A program made the translations under genes and the position numbers. The notes beneath the pieces are model-generated. The model was not told where the DNA came from. It ran no database searches and saw only the letters and a program-made list of their open reading frames with translations. A stretch of DNA of 32,000 bases from assembly GCF_000025945.1 (NCBI RefSeq), contig NC_006138.1, forward strand, positions 180,001-212,000, in the 5' to 3' direction. Shown here piece after piece: positions 1 through 9,364 of this stretch (its first letter is position 1; every line of letters starts with the position of its first letter). Source of the stretch: Desulfotalea psychrophila LSv54 (GTDB taxonomy: Bacteria; Desulfobacterota; Desulfobulbia; Desulfobulbales; Desulfocapsaceae).

Positions 1-1
1 A

Positions 2-946
2 AAGGATGAGATAGGCATCCTTGGACATAATTTCAACCACTTTCTCAGCCAACTCCACGACATAATGCAAAACATTGCCCGACAGATAGAAACCCTCAAA
101 GGTGCATCGGGTTCACTGGAAAATGTCGCGGCAGAGATGTCGAAAGGGGCCGAAGAGATGACCCATAGATCTCATAGTGTGGCCTCGGCAAGCGTGGAGA
201 TGAGTTCAAACATGACCCTTGTCTCGGAGGCTATGACAGAGGCTAACAGCAATATCAATATAATGGCGGCATCCACTGAAGAGATGACTGCAACCATCAA
301 TGAAATTGCCAAAAATGCGGCGAATGCAAAAAGCATATCCGAAACAGCGGTGACAGAGGCAAGCCATGCCACCCAAAAAATGAAACATCTAGGGAACTCT
401 GCTCAGAATATTGGCAAGATCACAGGGACAATCACAGAAATATCGGCACAGACAAATCTCCTTGCCCTCAACGCTACCATTGAAGCGGCCAGAGCAGGTG
501 AGGCTGGCAAGGGTTTTGCCGTTGTTGCAGCTGAGATCAAACAGCTTGCCAATCAGACCTCTGCTGCAACCATAGAGATTACCAGCAGCATCTCTGAAAT
601 ACAAACTGATACAGCTGGGGCCATTGAGGAAACCGAGCATATCGGTCAGGTAATCAGTCGTATCGATGATATTATCTCGACAATAGCCTCGGCGGTAGAG
701 CAACAATCTGCAAGCACACGAGAGATTGCCACCAGCATAAATCAGGCATCCAGCGGTCTTAAGGAAATTAGCTGCAATATCCAATCCAGCTCTGCGGTAG
801 CGGAAGAGATCAGCAAAGACATCAACAGCGTTGACAGCACTGCCAGCCATATTGCCAGCAACAGTAGCAGTGTTGAAAAAAATGCCAAGGATCTGGCCGG
901 ACTTGCAGAACAACTCAAGGATCATGTTGAGAGGTTCCAAATATAG
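2..946 (+). CDS. Methyl-accepting chemotaxis protein, C-terminal part (5' end lies outside the window)
   Basis: The frame is open from base 2 ([22 protein letters not shown]-like). It contains the MCP signalling hairpin motif [34 protein letters not shown]. Stop at 944-946. Confidence 0.9.
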   Translation, partial: KDEIGILGHNFNHFLSQLHDIMQNIARQIETLKGASGSLENVAAEMSKGAEEMTHRSHSVASASVEMSSNMTLVSEAMTEANSNINIMAASTEEMTATINEIAKNAANAKSISETAVTEASHATQKMKHLGNSAQNIGKITGTITEISAQTNLLALNATIEAARAGEAGKGFAVVAAEIKQLANQTSAATIEITSSISEIQTDTAGAIEETEHIGQVISRIDDIISTIASAVEQQSASTREIATSINQASSGLKEISCNIQSSSAVAEEISKDINSVDSTASHIASNSSSVEKNAKDLAGLAEQLKDHVERFQI

Positions 947-1104
947 TCCTCTTCTCTTGGACGGACAGACCTACCCGAGAGAAAGAGCGAGGGGGCGTTG
1001 ACCGACCAGACTAACCCACCTTCGTTACAAGCGAAAGATGGTGCATACGTATTTACGCCAAGATAGATAACGGCCCAATGGGGTTTGGTAAAGAGGGCAA
1101 AAAT

Positions 1105-1127
1105 CCCCTTGCTACAAGGGGTTTTTT
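1105..1127 (+). terminator. Intrinsic terminator-like hairpin plus T-run, about 150 nt downstream of the MCP stop
   Basis: CCCCTT-gctac-AAGGGG stem-loop followed by TTTTTT. Confidence 0.5.
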
Positions 1128-1409
1128 GCTATATATACAGATTATATTTTACTGGAAAACTGAAAAGAAAGCAGTTCTCCTTAACATCTGCGGTACTCAA
1201 ATCATCAGTATAAATGATGATTTAGCAACACAGTTTCATTGAATTATTTAACGCATTAAATGATGGGCAATATTTGGGCAAATACTTCTTAAGCTATACC
1301 TAGCACAAGAAGACATCACTCTGGCAGGTACAGAGTACTTGCCCTACTATATCCTCAATGCGATGGTCCGTCTTCCTGAGACAGGTATCATTTAGGTAAT
1401 GAATATTTC

Positions 1410-3053
1410 ATGAAAAACAACTTCTCTCCAAAGCTCTTTTCCATATTAAAATTAGGCTACTCAAAAGAGCAATTTATAAACGATCTATTCTCAGGTTTAG
1501 TCGTGGCTGTTGTTGCCCTGCCGCTGGCAATCGCCTTTGCCGTTGCCTCGGGAGTCTCTCCAGAAAAGGGCTTGGTTACTGCCGTTGTCGCAGGATTAAT
1601 TATTGCTATCCTGGGTGGTAGTCGCGTCCAGATAGGCGGCCCGACCGGGGCCTTTATTGTCATTGTCTTTGGCATACTGCAACAGTATGGAATGGACGGA
1701 CTGATAATTTCAACAATAATGGCAGGATGTTTTCTGGTCCTCTTTGGAGTATTTGGTCTTGGTTCTCTCCTCAGCTATTTCCCCTATCCACTGATCGTCG
1801 GCTTTACCAGCGGCATTGCCATTGTTATATTTACCACTCAAGTAAAAGATGCTCTGGGGCTCACCATCTTCGCCATGCCCGGTGATATGGTTGGCAAGTG
1901 GCATACCTATTTTGCCAACATCTCCTCGACAAATATCTCTGCTGTAAGTATCTGCATAATCACCATACTCATTGCCACCTGTTCTGGCCGATTTATAAAA
2001 AAAATACCGGGATCATTTCTGGCAATCATTTTCATAACCGTAGCAGTTCAGGTATTTAAGCTACCGGTAACAACCATTGAAACCTTTTACGGTGAAATCC
2101 CCTCTTCAATTAGTTTTTGCCTGCCGCATGTCAATCTGGCCGACCTGCCCCACTACCTGCGACCGGCCATCACCATTGCCCTCTTGGGAGCCATAGAATC
2201 CCTACTCTCAGCAGTTGTGGCAGACGGCATGATCAGCGGCAACCACAGATCAAATACAGAGCTGATCGCCCAGGGTATCGCTAATATTGTCACCCCGTTT
2301 TTTGGTGGTATTCCTGCAACAGGCGCCATTGCCCGAACAGCAACCAATGTGAAGAATGGTGGCCGCACCCCCGTAGCCGGCGTTATCCACGCAATAGGCC
2401 TCTTCCTTATTATGATCTTCTTCGGCCAATATGCAAAACTCATCCCCATGAGTTGCCTGGCCGGTATTCTTATCGTTGTCTCCTACAATATGAGTGAATG
2501 GCGTACATTTCTTTCCATACTAAAGATGGGTACATTTGACCGTTTCATCCTCCTCACCACCTTCCTCCTCACCGTTTTTGTCGATCTAACCGTAGCAATC
2601 GAGGTCGGTATTGTTCTGGCAGCCCTGATATTTATGAAGCGAATGGCCGATGCCGGCAATAGCTCCCTTGAAACATTTGACAAAGATATCATTGACGATT
2701 ACTCAAGCCTTCCTCAAGGAGTCTCTATCTATGAGATATCGGGACCGTTCTTTTTTGCCTCAGCAAAAAAATATGCCAGCCTTATCACAACAACGGGCAT
2801 GGATTCAGATGTGCTTATCATTAGAATGCGTCATGTACCGTTCATTGACTCCACCGGGCTGAAAAACCTACGCGCTGCTCTGCAAACATTAAATCGTCTG
2901 GAGATTAAGGTCATTATCAGCGGCCCCAGAGATGCACTGGTCAAAGTGATCAAAAGCAATATCCCAGCCACCCCCCAACTGCAGTATAGCCTGGCCACAA
3001 ACTTTAATGAGGCCATGAAAAAAGCAACCCTCCTCCTCAATGTAAATAGCTAA
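1410..3053 (+). CDS. SulP-family anion (sulfate/bicarbonate) permease with C-terminal STAS domain
   Basis: 547-aa ORF with a multi-span hydrophobic N-terminal region typical of SulP (GLVVAVVALPLAIAFAVASG; GIANIVTPFFGGIPATGAIARTATNVKNGGRTP). The C-terminal STAS-like segment reads VLIIRMRHVPFIDSTGLKNL. Confidence 0.85.
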   Translation: MKNNFSPKLFSILKLGYSKEQFINDLFSGLVVAVVALPLAIAFAVASGVSPEKGLVTAVVAGLIIAILGGSRVQIGGPTGAFIVIVFGILQQYGMDGLIISTIMAGCFLVLFGVFGLGSLLSYFPYPLIVGFTSGIAIVIFTTQVKDALGLTIFAMPGDMVGKWHTYFANISSTNISAVSICIITILIATCSGRFIKKIPGSFLAIIFITVAVQVFKLPVTTIETFYGEIPSSISFCLPHVNLADLPHYLRPAITIALLGAIESLLSAVVADGMISGNHRSNTELIAQGIANIVTPFFGGIPATGAIARTATNVKNGGRTPVAGVIHAIGLFLIMIFFGQYAKLIPMSCLAGILIVVSYNMSEWRTFLSILKMGTFDRFILLTTFLLTVFVDLTVAIEVGIVLAALIFMKRMADAGNSSLETFDKDIIDDYSSLPQGVSIYEISGPFFFASAKKYASLITTTGMDSDVLIIRMRHVPFIDSTGLKNLRAALQTLNRLEIKVIISGPRDALVKVIKSNIPATPQLQYSLATNFNEAMKKATLLLNVNS

Positions 3054-3059
3054 AAAAAA

Positions 3060-3088
3060 GAGCCGTAGATCAAATTGATCTACGGCTC
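3060..3088. terminator. Bidirectional intrinsic terminator between convergent genes
   Basis: Perfect 12-bp stem GAGCCGTAGATC-aaatt-GATCTACGGCTC. It is preceded by A8, which reads as a T-run for the minus-strand gene, and followed by TT..A6. Confidence 0.7.
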
Positions 3089-3122
3089 TTCCAAAAAACG
3101 CAAAAAACATACTCACAAATAA

Positions 3123-3320
3123 CTAGGCTCTGACATCTTCACAGTCAAGCGTTGCCATCAACTCACCCTGAAAATCTCCATCGGTCATCAATTTCTGGGC
3201 AATTGCACTACAGATAGATGCCGTTACGCCCTGATGATCTCCCGAAGCTACATGAACTTCCACCTCACCATTATCATCAATTTCTAAAACGAGTGCTGAT
3301 TGATTCTCTTTAAGTTTCAT
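3123..3320 (-). CDS. Small hypothetical protein (65 aa)
   Basis: ORF in the track. The internal ATG at 3320 (MKLKENQ...) is preferred because AAGGA lies 6-7 nt upstream; the longer 3365 start has no RBS. No family recognised. Confidence 0.45.
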   Translation of the reverse strand: MKLKENQSALVLEIDDNGEVEVHVASGDHQGVTASICSAIAQKLMTDGDFQGELMATLDCEDVRA

Positions 3321-3506
3321 AGCAGATGTCCTTTTGATGTTTAATAAAAAAATCCATATATGCATGTAGATTACTCTTATAATACCTCACAAACAAGCAG
3401 AGATTTACCCCTGGCTACCACCTAAAAATATTGAACAGATTGCCCCCTTGACCTATTAATAATACATCTATATTAAAATAAATAAACAGGAAGAGAGAGG
3501 TACCCC

Positions 3507-4121
3507 ATGAAGCAACCGAACAACAAAGAGATAAGCAGATGCGCCTGGTGCCAGGGCAATGAGCTTTACCAAGAGTACCATGACAGAGAGTGGGGAGTAC
3601 CCTGCACAGATGATAAAAAACTTTTTGAATTTATTATTCTGGAATCAGCTCAAGCGGGACTCAACTGGCTCACCATCCTCAAACGCAGAGAGGCCTACAG
3701 ACAGGCCTTCGCCGATTTTAAGCCAGAGATGGTCGCCAGATTTACTGAAGAAAGAGTGGATGAAATCATCCTGGCAGGCAAGGTTGTTCGGCACCGAGGC
3801 AAGATCAACAGTGCCATAAATAACGCTCAGGTATTTCTTAAAATTCAGGAGCGGGAAGGTTCCTTTGCCAACTACCTGTGGCGCTTGGTAGATTACCAAC
3901 CCAGCCCCAACTCGTACCGGGACCCCGGTAAAATACCCACCACCACAGAAACATCAATAAAGCTGAGTCGTAGCCTCAAGGCAGAGGGAATGACATTTTT
4001 CGGTCCGACCATAGCCTACGCTTACATGCAAGCCATGGGGTTGGTAAATGACCATCTTATCTCTTGCTTTCGTCACCAACAGTGCGCAGAATATGGTCAC
4101 AAAAGCTTACGCAGACAATAA
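3507..4121 (+). CDS. tag: DNA-3-methyladenine glycosylase I
   Basis: Carries the Tag signature RCAWCQGNELYQEYHDREWGVP...LFEFIILESAQAGLNWLTILKRREAYRQAF. GAGAGAGG RBS lies upstream. Confidence 0.9.
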   Translation: MKQPNNKEISRCAWCQGNELYQEYHDREWGVPCTDDKKLFEFIILESAQAGLNWLTILKRREAYRQAFADFKPEMVARFTEERVDEIILAGKVVRHRGKINSAINNAQVFLKIQEREGSFANYLWRLVDYQPSPNSYRDPGKIPTTTETSIKLSRSLKAEGMTFFGPTIAYAYMQAMGLVNDHLISCFRHQQCAEYGHKSLRRQ

Positions 4122-4329
4122 GTATATTTAATACCCCGGATTACCGGGTTAAGCAGATATACACCTTCAACTCTTACCCTGTTCAGGTTAGAGTTGCTTC
4201 CATTTGAAAAAAGTGTATATTCGTTTCTGTTTTTTTGGCGGACGAGTGGAATCCCGCCTCTATAAATTCTCCCTCACTCTAAATCAATAAAGGCGTATTG
4301 GATATTAATCACAATATGCAGAGGTGGCT

Positions 4330-4734
4330 ATGCTTACTATAACCAAAGAGTTCAGATTTGATGCAGCCCACAAGCTGTTTCTAAAAGACCTGACAGATCA
4401 AGAAAACCGTGAAGCCTTCGGTAAATGCAGCCAACTTCACGGCCACACCTACTGTCTCAGAATCACCATCACCGGCAAGGTGCAACCAAACGGAATGGTT
4501 CTTAACTTCACCGATCTTAAGCAGATTGTTGAAGAGAAAATCATTGCAAGATATGACCACTCCCATCTCAACGAGCTTGAGGAATACCGGGACCTGCCCA
4601 CCACCGCAGAAAATATGTCCCTCTATATTTTTAAGGTTCTTGCCGCCTGCCTGAAAAAGCAGAAGGTGACGCTCACCGAGGTTCAGCTCTACGAGACCCC
4701 AACCTCCTGGGCAACGGTGAGCCACGATGCCTGA
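4330..4734 (+). CDS. queD: 6-carboxy-5,6,7,8-tetrahydropterin synthase
   Basis: PTPS/QueD-like sequence (FRFDAAHKL...CSQLHGHTY...DHSHLNE). The ATG at 4330 sits 5 nt after GAGG; the track's GTG at 4324 is less likely. It heads the que gene cluster. Confidence 0.85.
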   Translation: MLTITKEFRFDAAHKLFLKDLTDQENREAFGKCSQLHGHTYCLRITITGKVQPNGMVLNFTDLKQIVEEKIIARYDHSHLNELEEYRDLPTTAENMSLYIFKVLAACLKKQKVTLTEVQLYETPTSWATVSHDA

Positions 4735-5365
4735 TATCATCCTCGATGTTCATGAGATATTCACCTCGATCCAGGGGGAAGGCCCCCTTATGGGCAGACC
4801 GGCCTCCTTTCTCAGACTGAGCGGATGCGTGGAACCACTCTGCCCCTGGTGCGACACCAAACAGGCCTGGGGGCCGGGCAAAACCATTTCAGTAGAAGAG
4901 GTCGCTTCCAGGTTAATCGCCCTGGGCAACAGACTCTGCATTATCACCGGCGGAGAACCATTTCTCCAGTGGGAGTCGGGCCTAAATCTCCTGGAAAGGC
5001 TTCTTCTGACAGAGGGAATCGAGATTCAATATGAGACCAGTGGCAAGGTACTGATTCCGGCTGATTGCAGAGGTTTCAAAGTTTGCTCGCCCAAATACCT
5101 GGCGAACATTTGGCACTACCTGCCTGAGAACAGCGAACGGGCTGACTGTTTTAAATTTGTGGCAGGAGATGAATTAAAACCTGTCCAGGAGTTTATCACA
5201 AAACACAATCTTGACCAGGATAGGGTGTGGATCATGCCCATGGGTACCGGCAGGGACGAGCAACTGACTCGCTCCCCAAAAATATGGGAATTTTGTGTAA
5301 AGCACCACTACAATTTTTCCCCGCGCCTGCACACCCTCTTCTTTAACAACCAACAGGGAGTTTAA
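4727..5365 (+). CDS. queE: 7-carboxy-7-deazaguanine synthase (radical SAM)
   Basis: N-terminus EIFTSIQGEGPLMGRPASFLRLSGC....CPWCDTKQAW matches QueE. It overlaps the queD stop by 8 nt and lies between queD and queC. Confidence 0.85.
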   Translation: MPDIILDVHEIFTSIQGEGPLMGRPASFLRLSGCVEPLCPWCDTKQAWGPGKTISVEEVASRLIALGNRLCIITGGEPFLQWESGLNLLERLLLTEGIEIQYETSGKVLIPADCRGFKVCSPKYLANIWHYLPENSERADCFKFVAGDELKPVQEFITKHNLDQDRVWIMPMGTGRDEQLTRSPKIWEFCVKHHYNFSPRLHTLFFNNQQGV

Positions 5366-5366
5366 C

Positions 5367-6026
5367 ATGGTTGATTCTATTATCGTATTATCCGGCGGAA
5401 TGGACTCGGCCGTACTTCTCGCCCAGACCCTAAAAGAGGGCAAAACTGCCCAGGCCATCAGCTTTGACTACGGTTCAAAACATAATGATCGAGAGCTGCC
5501 CATGGCCGTGGGGCTCTGTGAAGAGTTTGCCATAAAGCACCAGATCATCAAACTTCCCTTTATAGGTGAGCTCTTCTCATCCAGCCTCCTCACAGGCGGG
5601 GAAGAGATTCCGGACGGCGCTTACGGGCAAGAGAACATGAAGAGCACCGTGGTCCCCTTTAGAAATGGAATCATGCTCGCCATCGCCGCCGGATATGCTG
5701 AATCGGTACAGGCCGGTGAGGTACTTCTTGGCTCCCATTCAGGCGATCATCATATCTACCCCGACTGCCGACCGGAGTTCAACAACGCCTTTGCCGAGGC
5801 CGTTAATCTAGGAACAGACGGACAGGTAGCGATCCGCTTCCCATTTTCTGAAATGACTAAAAGAGATATCGGCGACCTTGGCAGAACACTTGATTTGGAT
5901 TTTGCCAAGACATGGACCTGTTACAAGGGCGGAGAGTTGCACTGCGGCGTTTGCGCGGCCTGTGATGAGAGAAAAGAGGCCCTGCGCCACCCCGAAGGGC
6001 TCGATGTAACAAAATATCTGGTATAG
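5367..6026 (+). CDS. queC: 7-cyano-7-deazaguanine (preQ0) synthase
   Basis: PP-loop VLSGGMDS at the N-terminus and a C-terminal Zn cysteine cluster (CYKGGELHCGVCAACDERK). Confidence 0.9.
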   Translation: MVDSIIVLSGGMDSAVLLAQTLKEGKTAQAISFDYGSKHNDRELPMAVGLCEEFAIKHQIIKLPFIGELFSSSLLTGGEEIPDGAYGQENMKSTVVPFRNGIMLAIAAGYAESVQAGEVLLGSHSGDHHIYPDCRPEFNNAFAEAVNLGTDGQVAIRFPFSEMTKRDIGDLGRTLDLDFAKTWTCYKGGELHCGVCAACDERKEALRHPEGLDVTKYLV

Positions 6027-6036
6027 GTTTAAGATA

Positions 6037-6867
6037 ATGACAGAAAACATAAATGCAGGCATTCCTCTCGGCAAGCAGGTCGGTCACAGTGAAACCTACG
6101 ACCCCAGCCACCTCTTCCCTGTCGCACGCAGAGAGGCTAGAAAAAGCCTCGGTCTCGCCGACGACCTGCCCTTTAGCGGCCCCGATATCTGGAATGCCTA
6201 CGAGCTCTCTTGGCTGGACAGTAAGGGTAAGCCCTGCGTTGCCCTGGGCGAGATCACCTTCCCCTGCACCAGTGAAAATATCATCGAGTCCAAGTCACTG
6301 AAGCTCTACCTCAACTCCTTTAATCTCACCCGCTTTACCTCAACTGCAAGAGTTAAAGAGATCATCAGAGAGGATCTCAGCCGGGTGGCTGGCGCAGAGG
6401 TGGAAGTAAAAATCCTCACGCCGGAAGAGTTTACCGAGGTGACAATCTCTGCGCCTGAGGGCAGCTGCATAGACGACCTTGAACTTGAGGAGGAGATCAA
6501 TGCCTACAGGCCGACGGCCAATTATCTGAGCACGGGCCCGGAAGAGACAGAGGAAGAGCTCTATACCAACCTCCTGCGCACCAACTGTCCGGTAACCGGA
6601 CAACCAGACTGGGCCACGGTAATCATTAACTACAGGGGCAAGGCCATCGACCAGAGAGGACTTCTCCGCTATATCATCTCCTTTCGCCAGCACGAGGGTT
6701 TTCACGAGAACTGCGTTGAACGCATCTTCATGGATATTCTGAACAGATGCGCCCCCGCCAGGCTGACAGTCTATGCCAGGTTCACCCGCCGGGGCGGACT
6801 CGATATCAACCCCTACCGTACAACCCATGCAGAACACTTCGTAAACCTCAGACTGGCCAGACAGTAA
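6037..6867 (+). CDS. queF: NADPH-dependent 7-cyano-7-deazaguanine reductase, long (two-domain) type
   Basis: 276 aa, the size of bimodular QueF. Contains SKSLKLYLNSF and FHENCVERI motifs. It is the last gene of the que cluster. Confidence 0.85.
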   Translation: MTENINAGIPLGKQVGHSETYDPSHLFPVARREARKSLGLADDLPFSGPDIWNAYELSWLDSKGKPCVALGEITFPCTSENIIESKSLKLYLNSFNLTRFTSTARVKEIIREDLSRVAGAEVEVKILTPEEFTEVTISAPEGSCIDDLELEEEINAYRPTANYLSTGPEETEEELYTNLLRTNCPVTGQPDWATVIINYRGKAIDQRGLLRYIISFRQHEGFHENCVERIFMDILNRCAPARLTVYARFTRRGGLDINPYRTTHAEHFVNLRLARQ

Positions 6868-6892
6868 AACCTATCGGTTAACTACCCACAAT

Positions 6893-6917
6893 GGAGGATG
6901 GGTACAATCCATCCTCC
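6893..6917 (+). terminator. Stem-loop after queF (possible terminator, no clear T-run)
   Basis: GGAGGATGG-gtacaat-CCATCCTCC, a 9-bp perfect stem 26 nt after the queF stop. Confidence 0.35.
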
Positions 6918-7210
6918 TGCCAAGAAAAAAATGCCCTCTCATATTTGCGCCCAAAAGAAAGCAGATCAGGGCGCATTTTCAAAAGACCATCTCCCGGATT
7001 CCACCATCTGGCAAAGAAACACCCATCCAACCGCCATCACGCCATTTTCCCAGGCCACCTTTTCTTAAATATCTTGAATTTCAAGCAGGGAAGAATACAC
7101 TATAAGATATGACTCAGGCGAAAGTAGACATTTTCCCCGGGTTCCTGCAGGATAAAATAGGGTGCACTCTAGCCAAGGTGAGGGGTGCTCTTAAAAAGGG
7201 GGCGGCAACC

Positions 7211-7570
7211 ATGACTACCTTAAGATCAGGCGATACCACTATCATCCTTGACGAGTACGGTTTTCTTGACAAGGACCAGGTTTGGAACAAGGAGGTGGCA
7301 ATGATCATCGCTGAACATGAAGGCTTCACAGAACTCAACGAAGAGAAGATGAATATCATCAACTTCATGCGCAAGTACTATACCGAAAACCATAACTTCC
7401 CCATCCTTGCCGAGGTCTGCAAGAAAACCGGTGATACCTGCAGGGACTGTGTGGCCCGCGAGTTCACCGACCCCATGCGAGCCTGGAAGATCGCTGGCCT
7501 ACCGAAGCCACCGAGTATCTTCTTTACCACCTTTGACGGCAAGAAGTATAGCCCGAACCCTTTTTACTAG
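7211..7570 (+). CDS. DsrC/TusE-family protein lacking the conserved C-terminal cysteines
   Basis: DsrC-like core (LDEYGFL..W...A..IA..EG..L.E.H..II.FMRKYY....FP) and the ..KIAGLPKP motif near the C-terminus. The ATG at 7211 follows AAGGGGG; the track's 7109 start adds 34 aa with no RBS. Confidence 0.7.
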   Translation: MTTLRSGDTTIILDEYGFLDKDQVWNKEVAMIIAEHEGFTELNEEKMNIINFMRKYYTENHNFPILAEVCKKTGDTCRDCVAREFTDPMRAWKIAGLPKPPSIFFTTFDGKKYSPNPFY

Positions 7571-7578
7571 ACCCGTGA

Positions 7579-7615
7579 ACAGAGGGGGAAACTGCCCCCC
7601 TGTCCACTTTTTTTT
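7579..7615 (+). terminator. Intrinsic terminator after the DsrC-like gene
   Basis: ACAGAGGGGG-aaact-GCCCCCCTGT imperfect stem followed by T8. Confidence 0.6.
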
Positions 7616-7649
7616 AATCCCTTCGTTCCCCCTCTCATCAGGAGATAAT

Positions 7650-7904
7650 ATGTTTAATGCCAATGAGCTATGCAACAAAATAACCTCCCTCCATCCAGAG
7701 CTTGGTGCCTGTGGCATCGATATCACTGTTACAAAAGATGATAAAGAGAACAGATGGTTGGTCCACCTTAACAAGGGAGAGCATAGCCTAAATCACTTTC
7801 TCGAAATGCCGGATGCAGACCACTGCATGGAGGGTCAACAGTGTCTCTCCTTAGGGCTCGAAATTGCCCAGCTACAAAAAAACATCAAAGGAGAGCAGTT
7901 CTAG
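7650..7904 (+). CDS. Small cysteine-containing hypothetical protein (84 aa)
   Basis: The ATG at 7650 is preceded by AGGAGA at good spacing. The longer track ORF from 7407 runs through the upstream gene and terminator. No family recognised. Confidence 0.5.
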   Translation: MFNANELCNKITSLHPELGACGIDITVTKDDKENRWLVHLNKGEHSLNHFLEMPDADHCMEGQQCLSLGLEIAQLQKNIKGEQF

Positions 7905-7987
7905 AGCAGTGCCCCAGTCGCCAAGCGACACCATTGTCTCAGCCATTGGTGAAACAAAAAGTTTCCTCTAGGGCAATTGGAGAAAAA

Positions 7988-8317
7988 ATGCATAAACGAC
8001 GTTATCCCCGAATGGGTGGGAAAAATCTAAGGGTCGATATTTCAGATGGCAGAGGCTTCTACTCAGGGTACATAAGCGATGTCTCCCGTTTCGGCATGCA
8101 ACTAAATAGTATTGCGATAAAGCTCAATCAAGATGTCAAGACGCTCTCGGTGGTTGTTACTGTAAACGGAAAAAACTTCAAAATGATGGCCATACCAAAA
8201 TGGGAGGTCAAGGAGGGGGGCAGTAAAACGATGGGCATGGAACTGATAAATGTCCCCTATAGCTGGGCCGGCTTTATCCGGGAATTTGATCAAAAAAAAG
8301 CACAGGGCCACCCTTAG
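7988..8317 (+). CDS. Single-domain PilZ (c-di-GMP-binding) protein, paralog 1
   Basis: 109 aa from the ATG at 7988. Carries the PilZ motifs RRYPR (RxxxR) and DVSRFG (DxSxxG). Confidence 0.75.
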   Translation: MHKRRYPRMGGKNLRVDISDGRGFYSGYISDVSRFGMQLNSIAIKLNQDVKTLSVVVTVNGKNFKMMAIPKWEVKEGGSKTMGMELINVPYSWAGFIREFDQKKAQGHP

Positions 8318-9034
8318 GGAACGGCCCTGTCCCCTAAACAATAGATGAGGCCTTGAGCGGGCACCTCGGTGAATTTTTCATATCATCCATTTTTTTTACA
8401 CTGGACCATGCCATTCACCTGCCTGCTAACAGAAGACGGCCCCTTCTTTGGCCCTTAAATAATGGCCTTTGGGAGCGCAAGGCGTCTCGCCCGTCAAGCC
8501 CCTTTGCTCAGCACTTATTAAAGTCTCTTACCATTATTGCCCCGCTTTAATGCAAGCGGCACAATCACGCTCCAGGTAGGTGGTGCCGTTTGCACCCCAT
8601 AATATCAATGGCCAGATTAATGTTTTTTCCATGGCAGGAACAAGATACATTGTAAAATAGCTTAAAACTGTAGCCGCCCTACCCCTTACCACTGCACCGA
8701 GTCCACAACTGCCCCGGATCAATTTCAAGCACCGAACAAACCAAGCTGAGAGAGAAGCTCTATAGCGAACCTGAGCCACATAGCCTTCAAGATGAAACTC
8801 TGGATAGATAGGCGACAAGCTAAAGCTCAAGATAGCTACTCAGCGGAACGCCTAAGAGTCGCGGAGCCCGGACAGACCAGAGACTAAAAAAGGAGTGGAG
8901 TGAAACGTAAAATGCTGGTATCTTGGCAAAGATTACCGTAACATTTCAGCTAAATGATCTGACACAACAGGACCACCCCAATAGCTGAAACAGCGGTGAA
9001 ACAAAAACTCTCTTCCAGGGCAATTAGATAAAAA

Positions 9035-9364
9035 ATGAATAAACGACGTTACCCCCGAATGAATGGGAAAAACCTAAGATTCGATATTTCAGATGGCAGT
9101 GGCTTCTTTTCAGGGTATGTAAGCGATATCTCCCGTTTTGGTATACTACTAGATGACATTCCTCTAAAACTCGATCACAGTGCGAAGACACTCTCATTGG
9201 TTGTCTCTGGAAATGGAAAAAACTTCAAAATGATGGCCATACCCAAGTGGACAGTTGAAAAGGGGATCAGCAAAACGATAGGCATGGAACTGATCAATGT
9301 CCCCTATATCTGGGCCGGATTTATCCGGGAATTTGCTCCAAAAACATCACTGACCCACCCTTAG
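9035..9364 (+). CDS. Single-domain PilZ (c-di-GMP-binding) protein, paralog 2
   Basis: 109 aa, colinear with the 7988-8317 product at about three quarters identity by eye. Carries RRYPR and DISRFG motifs. Confidence 0.75.
   Translation: MNKRRYPRMNGKNLRFDISDGSGFFSGYVSDISRFGILLDDIPLKLDHSAKTLSLVVSGNGKNFKMMAIPKWTVEKGISKTIGMELINVPYIWAGFIREFAPKTSLTHP

Noticed and set aside
389-940. 183-aa minus-strand ORF, plus smaller ones at 172-388.
   Set aside because: They are antisense to the strongly supported MCP signalling domain. Their cysteine/arginine-rich composition is typical of shadow ORFs.
947-1104. Structured non-coding RNA between the MCP stop and the terminator at 1105-1127.
   Set aside because: There is only a terminator-like hairpin. 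I could not recognise any known riboswitch or sRNA consensus, and no promoter was evident, so support is insufficient.
6340-6837. 165-aa minus-strand ORF.
   Set aside because: It is antisense shadow of queF, with no RBS and no recognisable family.
6891-7112. 73-aa plus-strand ORF between queF and the DsrC-like gene.
   Set aside because: Its start codon lies inside the post-queF hairpin. It has no RBS and a basic, low-complexity composition, so it is most likely non-coding intergenic DNA.
7407-7904. 165-aa ORF from the track.
   Set aside because: Its first 81 codons overlap the DsrC-like gene and run through that gene's terminator. Only the distal part, from the RBS-preceded ATG at 7650, is kept as a gene.
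8353-8830. ORFs 8353-8550 (+) and 8534-8830 (-, TTG start) in the spacer between the PilZ paralogs.
   Set aside because: They have no RBS, a non-ATG start or odd composition, and no recognisable domain. They are treated as non-coding, though a degraded gene or an sRNA cannot be excluded.
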